A stretch of DNA of 64,000 nucleotides, taken from positions 71,552 through 135,551 of the forward strand of contig JBAZBH010000001.1 in assembly GCA_041671565.1 (NCBI GenBank), in the 5' to 3' direction. The translations under genes and the position numbers were made by a program. How positions within the stretch are numbered: the stretch's first letter is position 1; each line of letters opens with the position of its first letter. A model generated the notes under the pieces. It was not told the DNA's origin and made no database searches. It saw nothing but the letters and a program-made list of their open reading frames with translations. This document shows positions 59,157 through 64,000 of the stretch, piece after piece. Source of the stretch: Patescibacteria group bacterium. Its GTDB lineage: Bacteria > Patescibacteriota > Patescibacteriia > JACRDY01.

Positions 59157-62018
59157 CTATAACACCTTCCGCAAAAACTTCCCCGTGTAACTGTCTTTAT
59201 CTTTCGCCACTTGCTCCGGCGTGCCGCGGGCGATGACGCGGCCGCCGCGGTCCCCGCCTTCGGGGCCGAGGTCAATCAGATAATCCGCGGATTTAATCAC
59301 ATCCAAATTGTGTTCAATCACAATCACGGTGTTGCCTTTGTCCACCAGGCGATTGAGGACCGCCAAGAGTTTTTCAATGTCGGCAAAGTGCAGGCCGGTG
59401 GTCGGCTCATCCAAGATGTACAGCGTCCGGCCGGTGTCGCGCTTGGACAACTCGGCGGTCAGTTTGATCCGCTGGGCCTCGCCGCCGGACAGCGTGGTGG
59501 CGGACTGGCCGAGTTTGATGTAGCCCAGGCCGACATCCACCAAGGTTTGCAGTTTGCCGGCAATCCGCGGGATGTTTTTGAAAAAAGCGAGCGCCTCTTC
59601 CACGGTTAAATTTAGGATTTCGGCAATGTTCTTCTCCCGGTATTTCACCTGCAAAGTTTCTTCGTTAAAACGGGTGCCGTGGCACTGTTCGCAAGTGACA
59701 AAAACATCGGGCAAAAAGTGCATTTCAATCTTGATCACGCCGTCGCCCTCGCAATTGCCGCACCGCCCGCCGGCGACATTGAAACTAAAGCGGCCCGATC
59801 TATAACCGCGCACCCGCGCCTCTTCGGTCTGAGTAAACAGCTCGCGCATATAAGTGAAAACACCGGTGTAAGTCGCCGGATTACTGCGCGGCGTCCGGCC
59901 GATCGGGCTTTGGTCAATAATAATCGCCTTGTCCCAATAGCCGAAATTTTCAAGGCTCTCGTGTTCGCCCGGGCTGACTTTGGCCTGATAAAGCTTTTTG
60001 GCGAGAATCGGGTAAAGCGTGTCGGAGACTAGGCTGGATTTGCCCGAGCCGGAGACGCCGGTGATACAACAAAACACTTCCACTGGGAAATCAACATTAA
60101 TGCCTTTGAGGTTATTGTGGCGGGCGCCGATCAGGTTAACCATGCCCCGCGGCCGGCGGCGCTTCTCCGGCACGGCGATAATTTTGCGGCCGGAAAGATA
60201 AGCGCCGGTCAGCGATTTTTTGTCTTTAATCACTTCGCTGGGCTTACCCTCTGCCACGACCCGGCCGCCATGAACCCCGGCTCCCGGGCCGATGTCAATC
60301 AAATGATCCGCCGCCATGATGGTCTCGGCGTCATGCTCCACCACAATCACGGTGTTGCCGAGATCGCGCATTTCTTTCAGGGTTTTAATCAGCTTCTGGT
60401 TGTCGCGTTGGTGCAGGCCAATCGACGGCTCGTCCAAGATGTAAGTCACACCGCGCAATTCCGAGCCGATTTGCGTCGCCAGCCGGATGCGCTGAGCTTC
60501 GCCGCCGGACAGCGACCCGCCCCGCCGGCCGAGTGATAAATAATCGAGACCGACATCCACGAGAAAACCGGCGCGGTCGTTAATTTCTTTAAATATCTGC
60601 CCGGCCACCTCGCTGTCGGTTTTGCCCAGATCCAAGCCGTTGAGAAATTTCAGCAAGTCTTTAATGGACAGCTCGGTAATTTCATGGATGTTTTTGCCGC
60701 CAATTGTCACCGCCACCGCTTCCGGCTTCAGCCGCGCGCCATGGCAAACGCCGCAAGGCTTGGCAATCATATACCGTTCCATTTCCTGCCGTCGGCTGTC
60801 CGAGTCGGTTTGTTTGTAAAGTCGCTCCAAGCGCGGAATAATCCCCTCCCACTTGCCGGTCCACTCCCAGACATTGTCCGTGCTTTTGGATTCAAACTCC
60901 CAGTCAATTTTATCGTCAGTGCCGTGGAAGAGAATGTCTAAAATTTTCTTGGGCAAACTTTTGACCGGCGTCTCCACGCTAAAACCGTATTTCTTGCCCA
61001 GTATCTCCAGCATCTGGCCAAAAAAGCCAAACGAACTAAAACCCTGCGGCTTAATCGCGCCTTCGGAAAGCGTCCATTCTTTATCCGGGATAATCAAATC
61101 CGGGTCAAATTTCTGGATGAACCCGAGACCATGGCAAGCCGGGCAAGCGCCAAATGGCGAGTTAAAGCTAAAAAGGCGCGGTTGCAGTTCTTCAAAACTG
61201 AGTCCGCAATCCGGGCAAGCCAAATGTTCGGAATAAACTTTCTCGGTCACCGCTCCGGGTTTGCCCGACGGGCCGGTCGCCGGCCGGCTGATCAAAGCAA
61301 TCAATAAACCACTACCGAGTTTTAAACCGGTTTCCACCGCCCGCTGGAGCCGGGCTTTCTCAGCCGCGGCTAATTTCACCCGGTCCACCAGCGCTTCAAT
61401 ATTGTGAGTGCCGTACCGTTCCAAAGTGGATTTACCGCCGCCGAAGTAGTCGGACCCGAGCGTCATCTTGCCGTCCACCCGCAAACGGTCATAGCCTTGT
61501 TTATTTAGATCAACAAACAGTTGTTCGTAGTTGCCTTTCTTGCCCCGCACCACCGGCGCCAGGATTTCCACTGTCTGCCCGGCGAACTCGGACAGCAAAC
61601 TTTTGGTGATTTTTTCCGCGTCCTGCGAGCGGATTTCTTGGCCACAAAGCGGGCAATGCGGCGCGCCGATCCGGGCGTAAAGCAGACGCAGATAGTCGTA
61701 AATCTCGGTAATCGTGCCGACCGTTGACCGCGGATTATGGGAAATGCTTTTCTGCTCAATGGAAATCGCCGGACTGAGGCCCTTGATGCTGTCCACATCC
61801 GGTTTACCCATCACGCCCAAAAACTGCCGGGCATAAGACGACAGGCTTTCGACATAACGGCGCTGGCCCTCGGCGTAGACGGTATCAAACGCCAAGGTCG
61901 ATTTGCCGCTACCGGACAGGCCGGTAATGACCGTCAGTTGGTTAATCGGGATATCGACGGAGATGTTTTTGAGGTTGTGCTCCCTAGCCCCTCTGACTTG
62001 AATAAATTCTGTGGACAT
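59157..62018 (-). CDS. uvrA: Excinuclease ABC subunit A
   Basis: Two ABC modules (GLSGSGKS, GVSGSGKS, LSGGEAQR), zinc fingers. Confidence 0.99.
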   Translation of the reverse strand: MSTEFIQVRGAREHNLKNISVDIPINQLTVITGLSGSGKSTLAFDTVYAEGQRRYVESLSSYARQFLGVMGKPDVDSIKGLSPAISIEQKSISHNPRSTVGTITEIYDYLRLLYARIGAPHCPLCGQEIRSQDAEKITKSLLSEFAGQTVEILAPVVRGKKGNYEQLFVDLNKQGYDRLRVDGKMTLGSDYFGGGKSTLERYGTHNIEALVDRVKLAAAEKARLQRAVETGLKLGSGLLIALISRPATGPSGKPGAVTEKVYSEHLACPDCGLSFEELQPRLFSFNSPFGACPACHGLGFIQKFDPDLIIPDKEWTLSEGAIKPQGFSSFGFFGQMLEILGKKYGFSVETPVKSLPKKILDILFHGTDDKIDWEFESKSTDNVWEWTGKWEGIIPRLERLYKQTDSDSRRQEMERYMIAKPCGVCHGARLKPEAVAVTIGGKNIHEITELSIKDLLKFLNGLDLGKTDSEVAGQIFKEINDRAGFLVDVGLDYLSLGRRGGSLSGGEAQRIRLATQIGSELRGVTYILDEPSIGLHQRDNQKLIKTLKEMRDLGNTVIVVEHDAETIMAADHLIDIGPGAGVHGGRVVAEGKPSEVIKDKKSLTGAYLSGRKIIAVPEKRRRPRGMVNLIGARHNNLKGINVDFPVEVFCCITGVSGSGKSSLVSDTLYPILAKKLYQAKVSPGEHESLENFGYWDKAIIIDQSPIGRTPRSNPATYTGVFTYMRELFTQTEEARVRGYRSGRFSFNVAGGRCGNCEGDGVIKIEMHFLPDVFVTCEQCHGTRFNEETLQVKYREKNIAEILNLTVEEALAFFKNIPRIAGKLQTLVDVGLGYIKLGQSATTLSGGEAQRIKLTAELSKRDTGRTLYILDEPTTGLHFADIEKLLAVLNRLVDKGNTVIVIEHNLDVIKSADYLIDLGPEGGDRGGRVIARGTPEQVAKDKDSYTGKFLRKVL

Positions 62019-62128
62019 ATTTTTTATTATAAAGTATTCAGGGAACAGTATTCAGTATTCAGGGGAGGGGTCGGTATCCACCGTTCGCGGATATAGTTCC
62101 CTGAATACTGAATACTGTTCCCTGAATA

Positions 62129-64000
62129 CTAATCTTGTTTAATTTCCTTAATCTTCTCCCTTAATTCAATGGCTCGTTCAAAGTCCAGCCCCTCCGCCGC
62201 CGCCTGCATCTGCAATTCCAGCTCAATCACCAGTTGTTCGCGGTCCAGATTTTTACCAGTCAAGTCGGGTGAAATAACTTCTTCTTGCTTTCTGATTTCT
62301 TTAACAATACTCTCCGGCGTGATGCCGTGTTTCTTATTGTAGGCCAGCTGAATCGCGCGCCGGCGGTTGGTTTCGCTAATCGCTGATTTGATCGAGCCTG
62401 TCTCGGTGTTGGCATACATCACCACTTTGGCATCAACATTTCGCGCCGCCCGGCCAATCGTCTGGATCAAACTGCGGGCGTTGCGGAGAAAGCCTTCTTT
62501 ATCCGCGTCCAGTATCGCCACCAAAGCCACTTCCGGCAAATCCAAACCTTCACGGAGCAGATTGATGCCGACGAGTACATCGAACTTACCCAGCCGCAAA
62601 TTCTGGATGATCTTAATCCGGTCCAAGGTGTCAACTTCGCTGTGCAAATACTCGGCTTTAATCTTTTGTTCCACCAAATAACGGGTCAAATCCTCGGCCA
62701 GGCGCTTGGTCAAAGTGGTGACCAGCACGCGGTAACCTTTGGCAATCGTCTGCCGGATTTCGCCTTCAACATCTTTAATCTGGCCCTCCGCCGGCTTGAT
62801 AAAAATCTCCGGGTCAACCAGCCCGGTCGGCCGAATAATCTGCTCTACCACCTGGCCGGAGTGTTCCAGTTCGTAGTCGCTGGGCGTCGCCGAAGTGTAA
62901 ATCACCCGGCCCAGATATTTTTCAAATTCCGGGAAAGTCAGCGGCCGATTGTCATAGGCTGACGGCAAACGGAAGCCGTGGTCGATCAAATTCTCCTTCC
63001 GCGACCGGTCGCCGCCGTACATGCCGTGGACTTGCGGCAGAGCGACATGGCTTTCATCCACCACCATTAGCCACTCGCCTTTGGTTTTGAAATAATCTAA
63101 TAAAGTGTAAGGCGGTTCGCCCGGCTGCCGGCCGTCAAAGTGGCGGGAATAATTTTCCACACCTTGGCAGTAGCCTAATTCCTCAATCAGTTCTAAGTCA
63201 TAATTCGTCCGCTTTTCCAGTCGATAAGCCTCCACCGGCCCCAACTGCGGCAATCTTTCTTTTAACTCCTGCCGGATAGTTTTCAAAGCTGACTGTTTGC
63301 CCACTTCGGTAAAAACAAAATGCTTGGCCGGGAAAATCCAAGCGCTCGGCAAGTCCTGAATCCGAGCAAAGGTGATGGCATGGAGTTCAATAATTTTAAC
63401 TAACCTCTGGCCGTCAAACTCTAACCGCAAAACCGTGGTGCCCGAGCCGGCCATCAGCTCCAGCCGGTCGCCGCGCCGCCGGAAACTGCCGGGCTTCAGC
63501 CGATTATCCTCATTTTCATATTGCACTGCCACCAGCTGGCGGACCAAATCATCCGGGTTAATTTTCTGCCCGACTTTTATCTCCTGGGCGCTGGCTTTGA
63601 AGTTGTCCGGCCGGCCGAGGCCATAAATGCAGGAAACCGACGCCACAATAATCACATCATCGCGCGACATCAAGGCCGCGGTCGCCTCCAGCCGCAGCTG
63701 CTCAATCTTCTCGTTAATCTGGACATCTTTCTCAATATAAGTGTCGGAAATCGGCAGATAGCTTTCCGGCTGGTAATAGTCATAATAGGAAACAAAAAAA
63801 CACACCTTGTTTTCCGGGAAAAAATCGCGGAACTCGTTGTAGAGCTGGGCGGCGAGCGTTTTGTTGTGCGACAAAACCAGGGTCGGCTTTTGGATCTTTT
63901 GAATCACATTGGCCACCGTAAAAGTCTTGCCCGAGCCGGTCACGCCAAGGAGCGTCTGCTGGGGAAACTTGCCATAACCCTTAACTAATTGTTCAATGGC
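62129..64000 (-). CDS. uvrB: Excinuclease ABC subunit B (5' end outside window)
   Basis: GVTGSGKT, YYDYYQPE, DESH, GINLLREGLD, QTIGRAARN. Confidence 0.98.
   Translation of the reverse strand, partial: AIEQLVKGYGKFPQQTLLGVTGSGKTFTVANVIQKIQKPTLVLSHNKTLAAQLYNEFRDFFPENKVCFFVSYYDYYQPESYLPISDTYIEKDVQINEKIEQLRLEATAALMSRDDVIIVASVSCIYGLGRPDNFKASAQEIKVGQKINPDDLVRQLVAVQYENEDNRLKPGSFRRRGDRLELMAGSGTTVLRLEFDGQRLVKIIELHAITFARIQDLPSAWIFPAKHFVFTEVGKQSALKTIRQELKERLPQLGPVEAYRLEKRTNYDLELIEELGYCQGVENYSRHFDGRQPGEPPYTLLDYFKTKGEWLMVVDESHVALPQVHGMYGGDRSRKENLIDHGFRLPSAYDNRPLTFPEFEKYLGRVIYTSATPSDYELEHSGQVVEQIIRPTGLVDPEIFIKPAEGQIKDVEGEIRQTIAKGYRVLVTTLTKRLAEDLTRYLVEQKIKAEYLHSEVDTLDRIKIIQNLRLGKFDVLVGINLLREGLDLPEVALVAILDADKEGFLRNARSLIQTIGRAARNVDAKVVMYANTETGSIKSAISETNRRRAIQLAYNKKHGITPESIVKEIRKQEEVISPDLTGKNLDREQLVIELELQMQAAAEGLDFERAIELREKIKEIKQD

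Overview
64 kb of a bacterial chromosome, most likely Patescibacteria/CPR (Parcubacteria-like). This is an inference from gene content and CPR-typical families; the genetic code is standard. Almost all core genes are on the minus strand: the F0F1 ATP synthase operon, tatD, metG, pyrH, mltG, uppP, a frameshifted mutM, two gpmI, eno, gap, tsf/rpsB, rlmH and uvrC/A/B. Main points: (1) A complete diversity-generating retroelement at 26.1-28.8 kb. Its 104-bp TR/VR pair differs at 14 positions, all TR adenines, and avd lies antisense between TR and RT with a C9 tract. (2) A layered population of small non-coding elements: intergenic inverted-repeat elements built from 7-10-nt tandem units, 18-40-nt GC-rich micro-hairpins inserted into them without evident target duplication, the same repeat translated in-frame in AtpG and MetRS, a TIR MITE, and a RAYT transposase carrying a REP pair inside its own ORF. 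(3) Four ~550-aa Cys-rich paralogs with homogenised, mosaic ends. (4) Plus-strand orphan cassettes with their own promoter, SD and terminator. All alignments and counts were done by eye and no database searches were run.
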